Source of the DNA: an uncultured Parachlamydiaceae bacterium
GTDB lineage: Bacteria; Chlamydiota; Chlamydiia; Chlamydiales; Parachlamydiaceae
DNA length: 64,000 bases
Direction: 5' to 3'
Assembly: GCA_963742415.1 (NCBI GenBank)
Contig: CAVULX010000003.1
Location: forward strand, 832,001-896,000
A program made the position numbers and the translations under genes. Shown piece after piece: positions 9,264 to 20,928 of this stretch. Within the stretch, counting starts at the first letter, position 1. Every line of letters starts with the position of its first letter. The notes beneath the pieces were generated by a model that saw only the letters and a list, made by a program, of their open reading frames with translations, did no database searches and was not told the DNA's origin.

Positions 9264-11900
9264 TTAAACTATAATATCTTCTAAAAATTCTTTTGCTTTT
9301 TTTAAGGCTTCAGGAATCTTGCTCGGAGCCTTGCCGCCTGCTTGCGCTTGATTTGGCTTCCCCCCTCCGCTTCCTTCAATCAAGGGAGAAATTGCTTTGA
9401 CAATTTCGTGGGCTTTGATCCCTTTTGCGACTAAATCATCTGTGACGCGGACAAGGATACTGCATTTATTCCCTTCTGCTGAAGCCAGAACCAATACCAA
9501 GGACGAGTTCTTATTCATGATCTCATCAGCACATGCGCGCATTTCATCTGCAGATAAGGGTAATGAAGAGATCAAAGCAGGAATTTCCCGAATCCGTTCG
9601 ATTTTGCTTTGAAGGGATTCAATCAACGTGCCCAGCTGACCTTTTTTAACTTCCTTCAGTTCTTGAAGAAGCTGTTTATTCTCCTCCAGCAGCTTGTCAA
9701 CACGTTCCATTAATTTCATGGGTTGCGTTTTTAGCGTGACAGCGCATTGTTCCAAAAGTTGTTCATTTTGCCGTGCTAAACTTTCAGCCTCGGAACCTGT
9801 GACAGCTTCGATCCGGCGGATCCCTGCGGCAATGCTGCTTTCTTTTGTAATTTTAAAGAGGCCGATGTTTCCGGTGAATTCAGTGTGTGTTCCCCCGCAG
9901 AGTTCTTTCGAATAATCGATATCGATTACGCGCACTTGTGCGCCATATTTTTCTCCGAAAAACTGTTTAATTTCGCTCCGTTTTTGAGCGTCTTCATAAG
10001 AGATTTCGTACCACTTGACGGGTCTGTTTTCCCTGATTTTGTTATTAATCAAGTCCTCAATTTGGTGTAATTCAGCTGTGGTCATCGCTTTGTGGTGGCT
10101 GAAGTCAAAACGGAGGCGGTGGGGATCAACCACAGAGCCGGCCTGTTTGACATGTTCTCCTAAGACCTGATGCAAAGCCCAATGCAGGAGATGAGTAGCT
10201 GTGTGGTTGTTGGCTATTTTTTGGCGTCGTTGAAAATCGATGTCGGCCAAAACCGGCATCCCCAATTTTAAGGCTCCTCTTTCCACCTTTCCCACATGGG
10301 CGATCACCCCTTTATAGGGGGAGATGCAGTTGTGGACGGTAAATAATTCATTTTCCCCTCTTAAAGTTCCAACATCCCCAACTTGTCCCCCTTGTTCTGC
10401 ATAAAAAGGGGTTTGATCGAGGACGACTAAGGCTTCTTGCCCTTCAACGATCTCATCGACAAATTGTCCATTAAAGACTATTGCAGTGACTTTGCCGACA
10501 GCCTTGTGCAGGGTATAGCCAAGAAATTGGCAAGGGCCTTGGGTCTGAACGTAATTGGCAAAAAGATTTTCAGCTGCGATCTGTTGAGTCATCTTTTGGG
10601 AGCTGCGTGAGCGCTCTTTTGCTTCTTGTTCCAAGGTTTGATAACGGTCGATATCGACGGTGAGCTCCGCATCTTTGGCCAGCAGAGTGATCTCTTCAAG
10701 AGGCAAGCCATAGGTGTCCTTAAGCTTAAAGGCATCTTCACCGGATATTTTTTTATCCTCCCTTTTTTGAGCATGCATGATAATTTGATTGAGGATATTC
10801 CCGCCGCGGCGCAAAGTTTTGAAAAAGGCTTCTTCCTCCGCTGTCATAATTTCAGCGATCCTGTTTTGCCCCTTAACGAGCTCAGTGTAGTCGCTGCCCA
10901 TAGTTTCAACCAAGCGGGGCAAGATGCGCGCCAAAAAGGGCTCCTCGATCCCTAACATTTTGCCATAGCGGACAGCCCGCCTTAACACTTTTCGCAATAC
11001 ATACCCTCGGTCGACATTGCTGGGTTGCACGCCATCTGCAATCGCAAAGGAGAGGCACCGCACATGGTCTGCAATCACCCGGAAGGCTGGCCCTAAGAGC
11101 AGATCGTGATAATCATAGGAGATGCCTGACACATTTTCTACGGCGGCGATCAAACTGCGCAAAACATCGGTTTCAAAGACACTGTCGACACCCATTTTCA
11201 GGCTGAGAATCCTCTCTATGCCTGCTCCGGTATCAATTGAGGGTTTAGGAAGGGGGGTCATGACCCCATCGGATGAGCGGTTGAATTGCATAAAAACCAG
11301 GTTCCAAAATTCCATGTACCGCTCCCCATCTGTATCTTCGCTCGGCTTATTTGCACTGCCGTACTTGGATCCTCGATCAAAATAGAGCTCAGAACTGGGG
11401 CCGCAAGGGCCTGTGTCGCCCATGGCCCAGAAATTGTCTTTTTCATCAAAGCGGGTAATCTTGTGAGCAGGAACGTACTGTTTCCAAAGCTCAAAGGCTT
11501 CATCATCTTCCCGAAAAACGGAGGGCCAAATTTTTTCAGGTTCGAATTCAAATAATTGTGTGCTGACTTCCCAAGCAAAGCGGATCGCTTCTTTTTTAAA
11601 ATAATCGCCAAAAGAGAAGTTCCCCAGCATTTCAAAAAAGGTCAGATGGCGGCGGGTGTGTCCTACGTTTTCAAGGTCGTTGTGTTTACCCCCAACGCGA
11701 ATACATTTTTGGCTCGTGGCTGCCCGCTTGTAATCCCGAATGCTTTTTCCTAAAAAAACGTCCTTGAATTGATTCATGCCGGCATTGATAAACAGCAGGG
11801 TGGGGTCGTCGTGAGGAACTACAGGGGAAGAGGGGATGATGGCATGCTGCTTATCTTTGAAATATTGGAGAAACTGCCGCCGAATTTTTTGTGTTTCCAT
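9264..11900 (-). CDS. alaS: Alanine--tRNA ligase
   Basis: [42 protein letters not shown] editing motif, ELCGGTH, DHHA1 C-terminus. Confidence 0.99.
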   Translation of the reverse strand: METQKIRRQFLQYFKDKQHAIIPSSPVVPHDDPTLLFINAGMNQFKDVFLGKSIRDYKRAATSQKCIRVGGKHNDLENVGHTRRHLTFFEMLGNFSFGDYFKKEAIRFAWEVSTQLFEFEPEKIWPSVFREDDEAFELWKQYVPAHKITRFDEKDNFWAMGDTGPCGPSSELYFDRGSKYGSANKPSEDTDGERYMEFWNLVFMQFNRSSDGVMTPLPKPSIDTGAGIERILSLKMGVDSVFETDVLRSLIAAVENVSGISYDYHDLLLGPAFRVIADHVRCLSFAIADGVQPSNVDRGYVLRKVLRRAVRYGKMLGIEEPFLARILPRLVETMGSDYTELVKGQNRIAEIMTAEEEAFFKTLRRGGNILNQIIMHAQKREDKKISGEDAFKLKDTYGLPLEEITLLAKDAELTVDIDRYQTLEQEAKERSRSSQKMTQQIAAENLFANYVQTQGPCQFLGYTLHKAVGKVTAIVFNGQFVDEIVEGQEALVVLDQTPFYAEQGGQVGDVGTLRGENELFTVHNCISPYKGVIAHVGKVERGALKLGMPVLADIDFQRRQKIANNHTATHLLHWALHQVLGEHVKQAGSVVDPHRLRFDFSHHKAMTTAELHQIEDLINNKIRENRPVKWYEISYEDAQKRSEIKQFFGEKYGAQVRVIDIDYSKELCGGTHTEFTGNIGLFKITKESSIAAGIRRIEAVTGSEAESLARQNEQLLEQCAVTLKTQPMKLMERVDKLLEENKQLLQELKEVKKGQLGTLIESLQSKIERIREIPALISSLPLSADEMRACADEIMNKNSSLVLVLASAEGNKCSILVRVTDDLVAKGIKAHEIVKAISPLIEGSGGGKPNQAQAGGKAPSKIPEALKKAKEFLEDIIV

Positions 11901-11999
11901 CGATAAAATCCTTTATTTTTTTATCAAAACCGCCAGGGGAAGAAGCCATGAATGAAGTTGACTTGCAGAGAACAATGCAAGATTTTACCAGGTTTCTCT

Positions 12000-13202
12000 T
12001 TAGACGGCAACGGAATCAAATTCGAGTCGCTTGGGTGGCAGTTTACCTTGTTTTTTAGCTGATCCCAACTTAATTTTCTTATAGGGACTTGTCTTTGTAG
12101 GGGAAGCATCTGCCGGTTGCTTTAGGGCTTCTGGATCAAACATATTTCTTATGTATCCTGGAGATTTATAGACAGCGGCTTCCACTTGGTCGACTTGGTC
12201 GCCGATGCTTTTCCCTTTTGCTTTCTCTCTTTCTTCCTGTTGCTTCCGGTAGGGGCGCAATATGATCTTCTGGTAGGAGATGCTCGGTTTGTTATCCTTT
12301 CTCTCTGCATGGGGATTCCACCAAGAATTGCGATTTACGGGAATATATTTTTGCAAACTTGTGGGAGCTATGTCATGGAGAGCTTTGGCCCCCAAATCGG
12401 TAAAGGCTTCACCACTTGTGGTTGATACATTATCGTACCAACCCAGCCAACTTTCAACTGAGCTAAAGAAAGAATTAAGAGAGGTTTCAAGAGTTTTAAA
12501 GCTGTTTTCTGGGGCTCCGCATGCTTTAAGGGCCTTAGTGGCAAAAGGCTCTATTTGCCTTAGCCGGGATGTAAAAACAATCTTGTTTTTCGAGAGAGCT
12601 TTGAGCACTTTAGGGCCATGAACAGCCCCTTCCCGAAACGCTTGTTCAGCATTCTCTTTTATTTTGTTTGGATCCAGGGTCACCAAGTCCATAAGGTCCA
12701 TCACACGCATTGTCAACTTGAAAAGTTCAAATCCTAAATGGAAAGAGCTGCATGCTATGCGCTGCGTACGAATGAGCCCATGCTTACTTGCTGACATCCA
12801 CCATGTGATTGTAGAGTGTGAGGAAAAGAAAGCCGTTTTTGACTTTTGGATATAAGTGGGATAAGCATTGATAGGATGAACCCCATAGACTGCCTGCTTC
12901 CATTGGCTCCATGCATGAAAACAAGTATCTTGCTGCTTAAAGAGGTCCAAAAGCAAAGAGCCAGCATAAAAACTGATAGCGGGTATTTTAACGAAAGTAG
13001 GTACAACATAGCTTAAAGCGTTTCCACCTATTAACCCTAAAAAATTTTTTGGGTCGCCATAAATTTCCTTGTATCGATACCATTTCCACGAGCGGCGAAC
13101 TTTATAGAAAACACCCGAAAGGGTCCAAATTTCTTTTGTGTCAAATATGGAATTTGAGCTTAACAGCGAGGGGGAAGAAAATATTAAATTTGAACCAAGC
13201 AT
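12000..13202 (-). CDS. Hypothetical protein (~400 aa)
   Basis: Long ORF between alaS and tkt; first ATG at 13202; one hydrophobic stretch; no recognised motif. Confidence 0.6.
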   Translation of the reverse strand: MLGSNLIFSSPSLLSSNSIFDTKEIWTLSGVFYKVRRSWKWYRYKEIYGDPKNFLGLIGGNALSYVVPTFVKIPAISFYAGSLLLDLFKQQDTCFHAWSQWKQAVYGVHPINAYPTYIQKSKTAFFSSHSTITWWMSASKHGLIRTQRIACSSFHLGFELFKLTMRVMDLMDLVTLDPNKIKENAEQAFREGAVHGPKVLKALSKNKIVFTSRLRQIEPFATKALKACGAPENSFKTLETSLNSFFSSVESWLGWYDNVSTTSGEAFTDLGAKALHDIAPTSLQKYIPVNRNSWWNPHAERKDNKPSISYQKIILRPYRKQQEEREKAKGKSIGDQVDQVEAAVYKSPGYIRNMFDPEALKQPADASPTKTSPYKKIKLGSAKKQGKLPPKRLEFDSVAV

Positions 13203-13361
13203 GGTTTTAAATAATAAGAATAATTTTATTAAAATCAATGCAACATGTATACATCTTTACATCTAAATGAGGCAATCAAAAAACGCAAATTTTTTCCTTG
13301 CAGCACCCTAATGGAATCGGCTAAAGTAGCTTTTTAAAAATTGTCAAAGAGTACAAAAATT

Positions 13362-15407
13362 ATGGAAATATCTAAATCTATTGAGGCCAACCCTTCCCTC
13401 AATCAATCCCCCCCCAAAATGCTTGATCCTGACCTAAAACAAATGTTGGTAAAAATAGCCAACACAATCAGGGGATTATCGATCGACGCTGTTCAAAAAG
13501 CAGACTCCGGACACCCGGGCCTTCCCTTAGGATGTGCAGAAATAGGGGCTTACTTGTACGGCTGCGCATTAAGACACAATCCCAAAAATCCCCATTGGAT
13601 CAACCGGGACCGTTTAATTTTATCGGCAGGGCATGGCTCCATGTGGTTATATTCCTGCCTCCATTTATCTGGCTTCGACTTGTCGATGGAAGAGATAAAA
13701 CGGTTTCGCCAGCTCCATTCTAAAACTCCAGGCCATCCCGAATCCCGTGAAACTGTCGGCGTGGAATCAACGACAGGCCCCTTAGGACAAGGTGTCGGAA
13801 ATGCTGTGGGCCAAGCTCTCGCGCTAAAACTGTTAGCGGAAAAATTTAATACGCCTGCTCACAAAATCATCGATTGCAAAGTGTTTTTTCTCATGGGGGA
13901 CGGGTGCGTCATGGAGGGGGTAAGCAGCGAGGCTTCCTCTTTCGCGGGACACCTCCGGATCGATAATCTCATCGGGATCTACGACTCCAATAAAATTTCC
14001 CTCGACGGTCCTTTGAGCGAATCTTGTTCGGAAGATACAAAAAAACGATATGAAGCTTACGGATGGGAAGTTTTTGAGGTGGATGGGCATGACTTGGATG
14101 CCGTGCAAAATGTCATTCAGCAAGCGCGCACAAATCAAGACCGACCCCGATTGATCATAGCTCATACCATCATCGGCAAAGGGTCGCCCAATAAAGCAGG
14201 AACACACAAAGTTCATGGCTCCCCCTTAGGCCCTGAAGAGGTCAAAGCCACAAAAGCTGCGTTGGGAATCCCTGAAGAACAGTTTTTTGTCTTCCCCGCG
14301 GTCTACGAGTTCTTTAAAAAGAAACGGATCCAAGATGCAGCCAACGAAGAGGAATGGCGGAAAACATTCGATGCATGGGGAAAGGGCAATCCTGAAAAAT
14401 TGCGAGAATTTGAAAAAATGGCCCGGCGAGAAATTCCCAACGACCTCGAGCAAAAATTGCAAGCTTTGGAAATTAAAGGGCCTGTTGCTGGCAGGAAAGC
14501 ATCCCAGGATGTCATTAACGTTCTGGCAGATCTTTTGCCTCAGCTATATGGAGGGTCTGCCGATCTTTCCGGCTCCGACCTCACTATGATGAAGAAATAC
14601 CCCATAGTAGCTCCAGGGGTGTTTTCAGGAAGAAATATCAAGTTTGGCGTTCGAGAATTCGGCATGGCCACGATGGCTACCGGAATGGCTGAAACCGATA
14701 TGATCCTGCCCGTAATCGGGACTTTTTTGACATTCTCAGACTACATGCGCAATGCAATCCGGTTGTGTTCCTTGATGAAAGAACAGGTGATCTATCAGTT
14801 TACCCACGACTCCATTTTTCTTGGAGAAGATGGTCCTACCCACCAGGCTGTCGAACATTATGCGACCTTGAGAGCCATCCCCAACTTGCACGTGATCCGT
14901 CCGGGCGATGACTATGAAGTTAAAATGGCTTGGATTGCCGCCTTGCGTTACAGAGGGCCTACAGCATTGCTATTAACCCGCCAAAATCTTCCTTCTTTAA
15001 AGGAAACCCACGTTCCCTATGACCAAGGTGTTGGCCGGGGAGCTTACATCCTAAAAAAAGAAAAAGGGAAGCCCGATTATATGCTGGTGGCAACGGGTTC
15101 GGAATTGCACCTCGCCGTGGATGTTGCCGAAGAATTAGAAAAATTGGGGAAAAACGTTCGCGTGGTCTCCATGCCTTGCTGGGAGCTTTTTGAGTTGCAA
15201 GATGACAATTATAAAAATCAGATTTTTGGGGGAGATTTGGGCAAGCGTGTCAGCATCGAAGCGGGTGTTTACCAAGGATGGCACAAATATATCGGCAGAG
15301 AAGGGATCCCCATCTGCATGCACACTTTTGGATTATCAGCTCCCTATAAAGATCTTGCCCGGGAATTTGGTTTCACTAGAGAGGCTATTTTAGAAAGGAT
15401 TTTATGA
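13362..15407 (+). CDS. tkt: Transketolase
   Basis: SGHPG, RDRLILSAGH, TGPLGQG, GDGCVMEG ThDP motif, FGVREFGM, THDSIFLGEDGPTHQ; start could also be 13341 or 13419. Confidence 0.98.
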   Translation: MEISKSIEANPSLNQSPPKMLDPDLKQMLVKIANTIRGLSIDAVQKADSGHPGLPLGCAEIGAYLYGCALRHNPKNPHWINRDRLILSAGHGSMWLYSCLHLSGFDLSMEEIKRFRQLHSKTPGHPESRETVGVESTTGPLGQGVGNAVGQALALKLLAEKFNTPAHKIIDCKVFFLMGDGCVMEGVSSEASSFAGHLRIDNLIGIYDSNKISLDGPLSESCSEDTKKRYEAYGWEVFEVDGHDLDAVQNVIQQARTNQDRPRLIIAHTIIGKGSPNKAGTHKVHGSPLGPEEVKATKAALGIPEEQFFVFPAVYEFFKKKRIQDAANEEEWRKTFDAWGKGNPEKLREFEKMARREIPNDLEQKLQALEIKGPVAGRKASQDVINVLADLLPQLYGGSADLSGSDLTMMKKYPIVAPGVFSGRNIKFGVREFGMATMATGMAETDMILPVIGTFLTFSDYMRNAIRLCSLMKEQVIYQFTHDSIFLGEDGPTHQAVEHYATLRAIPNLHVIRPGDDYEVKMAWIAALRYRGPTALLLTRQNLPSLKETHVPYDQGVGRGAYILKKEKGKPDYMLVATGSELHLAVDVAEELEKLGKNVRVVSMPCWELFELQDDNYKNQIFGGDLGKRVSIEAGVYQGWHKYIGREGIPICMHTFGLSAPYKDLAREFGFTREAILERIL

Positions 15408-16417
15408 ACAGGCTCCTCCTGGATGCTTTGCAGCACTGCAATACTTCTCGTCCTCCTGTCTGGCTCATGCGTCAAGCTGGACGCTATATGCCCGAATATC
15501 GAAAAATCAGAGCCAAATACTCTTTTTTGAAAATGTGCCATCAGCCCGACTTAGCGGCTGCAGTGACTCGTTTGCCTATTCAAGTGTTTAAGATGGATGC
15601 AGCAATTTTATTTTCCGATATTCTTCTGCTTGTGGAAGCTTTAGGCCGGGGATTGCGCTTTGAGGATGGGATTGGGCCTATCATCGAACGTCCCATCACT
15701 TCTATCGCTGATATCGACCAATTGCCCGACCGCGAAACCCTCCATTCCATGAATTTCGTCCCAGAAGCCATTAAGATGCTTATCGCAGAATTAAAGGTTC
15801 CCTTAATCGGTTTTTGCGGAGCCCCTTTTACGGTCGCAAGCTACATGATCGAAGGAAAAAGCAGCCGCGATCTAAAAAAAACGAAGCAATGGATGTTAAG
15901 AGATCCCGAAAGTTTTCACCGTTTACTTGATCTCATCGCCCGCCATTCGATCGCCTATTTAAAGATGCAAATCAAAGCAGGCGTACATGCGATTCAGATC
16001 TTTGATTCGTGGGCGAATGTTCTGGCACCTTCCCAGTTCAAAGAATTTTCCCTGGCTTACCTGGGAAAACTTGTCAAAGCTCTAAAATCTACCGGCATCC
16101 CAGTTATCCTTTTTTGCCGCGGATCTTCTGTTTTTGCGCCGCTTCTGGATGAATTGAAACCAGCAGGGATCAGCTTGGATTGGAATGCCGATATCGCAGC
16201 AGTGCGCACCAACCTGCCTTCCAAAGTCGCCCTCCAAGGAAATCTCGACCCCGATCTCCTTTATGCCCCTCGAAAAATATTGCAGCAGGAGATCAAAAAG
16301 ATGTTAAAAAGTATGAAACATGATCGGGGCTATATTTTTAACCTTGGCCACGGCATAGCCCCTGATGTTTCACCCGATGCTGTAAAAATTCTTGTAGAAA
16401 CGGTGCAGAATGTCTAA
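15404..16417 (+). CDS. hemE: Uroporphyrinogen decarboxylase
   Basis: PVWLMRQAGRYMPEY, FSDIL, QIFDSW, QGNLDP, FNLGHG; ATGA overlap with tkt. Confidence 0.97.
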   Translation: MNRLLLDALQHCNTSRPPVWLMRQAGRYMPEYRKIRAKYSFLKMCHQPDLAAAVTRLPIQVFKMDAAILFSDILLLVEALGRGLRFEDGIGPIIERPITSIADIDQLPDRETLHSMNFVPEAIKMLIAELKVPLIGFCGAPFTVASYMIEGKSSRDLKKTKQWMLRDPESFHRLLDLIARHSIAYLKMQIKAGVHAIQIFDSWANVLAPSQFKEFSLAYLGKLVKALKSTGIPVILFCRGSSVFAPLLDELKPAGISLDWNADIAAVRTNLPSKVALQGNLDPDLLYAPRKILQQEIKKMLKSMKHDRGYIFNLGHGIAPDVSPDAVKILVETVQNV

Positions 16418-17783
16418 ACATGTTGTTATTTTAGGAGCAGGGATCAGCGGCTTATCCGTGGCCTGGTTTTTAAAAAAACAATACAAGGATTCCCTCCAAA
16501 TTACAGTGTTGGAAAGTTCATCGCGCACAGGGGGATGGATTAAAAGCATCGAAAAAGAGGGATTCCTCCTCGAGCTGGGACCCCATAGCTGCCGCGCAAG
16601 AGGGCCTGGGATCGAAACGTTGCAACTAATTGAAAATCTCGGCCTTCAAGATCAGATAGTTACAGCCTCTCCCGCTGCGAAACAACGTTATTTGTATACG
16701 GAACAAAAATTGCAGATTGTTCCTTCAAGTCTTTTTGATTTTTTTTCATCGCCCCTCACCAAAGGGCTTTTTAAAGCCTTGTGGAAAGACTGGCGGCTCC
16801 CCAAAGGGAATGGGGAAGATGAATCGATCCATTCTTTTGTTTCCCGCCGACTAAATGTCTCATTTGCCGAAAAGATTTTTGACCCCCTTGTGGGCGGGAT
16901 ACATGCTGGGGATATCCATCAACTTTCTGTGCAATCATGCTTTCCTATGCTGTCTGAATGGGAACAGCAGTACGGAGGGATTTTAAAAGGGATGTTGAGA
17001 AAAAAATCTATAGTTCCCTCATCATTATCCCCTTTTGTAAAAAAATTTAAGAGGAAGGCGATTTTTTCTTTTAAAAATGGAATGGAAACGCTCCCTAAAG
17101 AACTAGCTTTAAGGCTGAAAGATCATCTTCATTTAAATGCTTCTGTGATTAAGCTTATTCCTCATTCTAAAGGAACAACCGTGGTCCTGGAAAATGGTTG
17201 GAAATTAGAAGCCGATCATGTGATTTCAACTTTGCCTGGCCATCAGCTTGGCCGTTTGATTTGCCAGATGGCTCCCCAAGCTTTTCAAATGTTGCAAAAA
17301 ATTCCCCATGCTTCACTTTCGATGGTCAGCTTAGGTTATCGTTCGCAAGTGCTAACGAAACAAGGTTTTGGGTATCTAATCCCCTCCCAAGAAAATGAAA
17401 AAATTTTAGGGATGGTGTGGGATTCCAGCGTGTTCCCGGAACAAAATCGGCATGAAAATGAGACCCGGATGACAGTGATGATGGGGGGAATGAGATCCAA
17501 GGAAAAGGAGCCAAAAACAGATCAGCAAACCTTGGATTTAGCTTTAGATACGATTTCTAAGCATTTAAATATCAATAAGCTACCCGATGTCAGCCATGTC
17601 CATGTTGTTCGGGGAGCCATCCCCCAGTACCTCGTTGGCCATGCTAATTTAATCCAGGGAATCAAACAAGAAATCAAGCAGCAATACCCAGCCCTATCTT
17701 TATCAGGTACAACGTTTTCGGGTATCGCAATCAGTGATTGCATCTCCAACGCCAAAAAACTCGCCGCGGAAATAGGCCAGTGA
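16410..17783 (+). CDS. hemG: Protoporphyrinogen/coproporphyrinogen oxidase (HemY-type)
   Basis: GAGISGL FAD motif, GGWI, ELGP, GFGYLIP, IPQY; follows hemE. Confidence 0.92.
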   Translation: MSKHVVILGAGISGLSVAWFLKKQYKDSLQITVLESSSRTGGWIKSIEKEGFLLELGPHSCRARGPGIETLQLIENLGLQDQIVTASPAAKQRYLYTEQKLQIVPSSLFDFFSSPLTKGLFKALWKDWRLPKGNGEDESIHSFVSRRLNVSFAEKIFDPLVGGIHAGDIHQLSVQSCFPMLSEWEQQYGGILKGMLRKKSIVPSSLSPFVKKFKRKAIFSFKNGMETLPKELALRLKDHLHLNASVIKLIPHSKGTTVVLENGWKLEADHVISTLPGHQLGRLICQMAPQAFQMLQKIPHASLSMVSLGYRSQVLTKQGFGYLIPSQENEKILGMVWDSSVFPEQNRHENETRMTVMMGGMRSKEKEPKTDQQTLDLALDTISKHLNINKLPDVSHVHVVRGAIPQYLVGHANLIQGIKQEIKQQYPALSLSGTTFSGIAISDCISNAKKLAAEIGQ

Positions 17784-17902
17784 CAAATTAAGCTCAATAT
17801 AATTTTTTTAACCTCGTCTGATCTTATCCTTTCTCTTGTATGTTTCTGTATTCTATATTAAAATTAAATTTGGGGCAGCAGCTAAACTAGTGAGTAAGCT
17901 TT

Positions 17903-20457
17903 ATGTTTGATAAATTTACCAATCGTGCAAAACAAGTCATTAAGCTGGCCAAAAAAGAAGCTCAACGACTGAACCACAACTACTTAGGAACTGAACATGT
18001 TCTTCTTGGACTGCTCAAGCTCGGCCAAGGCGTCGCTGTCAATGTTTTGCGCAATCTCAATATCGACTTTGAAACCGTACGCAATGAAGTCGAAAAACTG
18101 GTCGGCTATGGTCCTGAAATTCAAGTCTATGGAGATCCGGCACTTACAGGAAAAGTAAAAAAAGTTTTCGAATATGCCAACGAAGAGGCTGCCAACTTCA
18201 ACCACAATTATGTAGGCACAGAACATCTTTTGCTCGGCTTGCTCCGCCAAACCGATGGCGTTGCAGCCCAAGTGCTGGAAAATCTCAATGTCAACCTCAA
18301 AGAAGTGCGCAAAGAAGTTCTAAAAGAACTGGAAACCTTCAACCTGCAACTTCCTCCTATCGGGGCTGCTCCCCCTCCCTCGCAGACTGCCGGCCAAGGA
18401 GCAGGGCCATCGTCAAAATCTTATGAAAAACCCCCTGGTGGGACAAATGATAAAATGCCTGCTCTAAAAGCCTATGGCCACGATCTGACCGAAATGTGCC
18501 GCGAAGGAAAGATGGATCCTGTCATCGGCCGCAAAGAGGAAGTGGAACGCCTAATCCTGATCCTCTGCCGCCGCCGCAAAAATAATCCCGTTCTTAGTCG
18601 GGGAGGCTGGTGTTGGAAAAACAGCCATTGTCGAAGGACTGGCCCAAGCTATCGTCAAAGGGGAAGTCCCCGACAACCTGCGCAAGAAAAAGCTGATCAC
18701 TCTCGATCTCGCTTTGATGATTGCCGGAACAAAATACCGCGGCCAATTTGAAGAGCGAATCAAAGCTGTCATGGATGAAATCAAAAAGAATGGCAACATT
18801 CTTCTTTTCATCGATGAATTGCATACGATTGTGGGAGCCGGAGCTGCAGAAGGTGCCATCGATGCTTCCAACATCTTAAAACCTGCTCTTTCTCGCGGGG
18901 AAATTCAGTGTATCGGCGCAACCACGATCGATGAATACCGCAAACATATCGAAAAAGATGCCGCTCTAGAACGTCGTTTCCAAAAGATTTTAATTGCTCC
19001 CCCCACTGTTGAAGAAACGATCGAAATTCTCAATGGCTTGAAAACCAAATATGAAGAACACCATAAGTGTCATTTACACCCCACGCTTCGTTGCACGCAG
19101 CAGCTATTCTTTCCGACCGCTATATTCATGGCCGTTTCCTGCCCGATAAAGCGATCGACCTGATCGACGAAGCCGGCGCCAAAATGCGCATTTCAATGAT
19201 GAATCAACCTCAAGATATCAGCAACTATGAAGCCGAAATCGAAGAGACACGCATAGCTAAAGAAGAGGCGATCGGCAAACAGGAATATGAAAAAGCCGCT
19301 AAACTTGCGCGACAAAGAAAAAACCCTTCGCGAAAAGTTGCAGCAGATTCGCGCTGAGTGGGAAATCAACAAAGAAGAACATGAAGTGATTGTCGAAGAT
19401 GAAGATGTCGCCAACGTCGTCGCCAAACAAACCGGCATCCCTCTCAGTCGGTTGACGGAAGGGGAAACACAAAAAGTTCTGAAAATGGAAGAGATTCTCC
19501 GCGAAAATATCATCGGTCAGGATGAAGCTGTCAAAACTGTCTGCCGAGCCATTCGCCGCAGCCGAGCCGATATCAAAGATCCTAATCGACCCATTGGCGC
19601 CTTCCTATTCCTTGGTCCTACAGGTGTTGGAAAAACACTTGCTGGCCCGCTTGTTGGCCATCAACATGTTTGGCGGCGAAGATGCCCTCATCCAAGTCGA
19701 CATGTCCGAATACATGGAGAAATTTGCTGTCAGCCGCATGACAGGATCTCCTCCAGGATATGTGGGGCACGAAGAAGGGGGACAGCTCACAGAACAGGTG
19801 CGTCAGCGCCCCTATTCTGTCGTTCTTTTCGATGAAATCGAAAAAGCCCACCCCGATGTCATGGACTTGCTTCTTCAAATTCTGGAAGAAGGGCGTCTGA
19901 CAGACTCGTTTGGACGCAAGATCGATTTCCGCAATACCATCGTCATCATGACCTCCAACCTCGGTGCCGATCTGATCAAGAAAAGCACCGAAATGGGATT
20001 TGGAGCCCAAGAAGGGTCATTGGATTATGATCATATCAAAGAAAAAATCGAAAGCGCTGTCAAAAAGCACTTTAAGCCCGAATTTTTAAACCGCTTGAAT
20101 GATATCGTGATCTTCCGTCCACTGAATCGGGAAGGGCTGCTGCAAGTGATCGCTATCGAACTGAAGAAAGTCCAATCCAGGTTGAATCGTCGCGAAGTTT
20201 ATCTAACTTTGGACGATAAAGCCAAAGACTTTTTGGTCGATAAAGGATTCCAGCCAGAAATGGGAGCACGCCCCTTGCGCCGAACTATCGAACAATATTT
20301 AGAAGATCCTCTCGCTGAAAAATTGCTGATGCATCCCGATGAAGGGCGCAAATGCTTAGTCACAGTAGAAGGGGATCATCTTGTTTTCGTTGATCAAGAG
20401 GTCTTCCCCCAACATAAAGAAATCAAACAAAAAGTCGCCTCCGCCCCAAAAAGCTGA
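17903..20457 (+). CDS. clpC: ATP-dependent Clp protease ATP-binding subunit ClpC, split into five ORFs by frameshifts (probably sequencing errors)
   Basis: Clp-N repeats, [24 protein letters not shown] motif, [18 protein letters not shown] across five frames; removing 5 extra bases (~18596, two near 19070-19085, ~19305, ~19640) gives one ~849-aa ORF. Confidence 0.92.
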
Positions 20458-20503
20458 TCTTAAATTTCCTCAGTGATCTCAACAGCTCCTAGGCACAGAA
20501 AAG

Positions 20504-20657
20504 AAACAGGATAAGCAAGATCGTAAACGGCAGGATAAGCAAGATATTCAATAAAGAGTAAGAATATGCGGATATGATTGAGTTAAGACTGTTCAAAAAT
20601 TTCGTTTTTTCTTTTATCTTGCTTATCCTGCCGTTTACGATCTTGCATATCCTGTTT
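20504..20657. repeat. 43-bp inverted repeat of the same family as the outer arms at 9004-9254
   Basis: AAACAGGATAAGCAAGATCGTAAACGGCAGGATAAGCAAGATA (20504-20546) / reverse complement at 20615-20657, 1 mismatch. Confidence 0.9.
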
Positions 20658-20928
20658 TTCCTTCTCAGTTTCTCCTAAATAACTTCTCTTAAGTAACAGA
20701 TTTTGAAAGTCTAAAATCAAGTTACAAGGGATGTCTGAAGTGAAGAAGAAAATGAGAAAATGAACCGACTACCCTTCACTTCTTCCCCTTAGTGGTTTTT
20801 TTTGAATCACATTCATCTTATATGTATTAATTACTTTAACTTCCGTTTTTTTAATTTATTTGCTATTGTACAAGCGATTTTGTTTTGTTTGAGAACATAA
20901 TTGTTTAATTAACATTACGGAGGTTGTC

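Noticed and set aside
17903..20457. Programmed ribosomal frameshifting in clpC
   Set aside because: No slippery heptamers or stimulatory structures at the shift sites, and four sites in one gene is implausible
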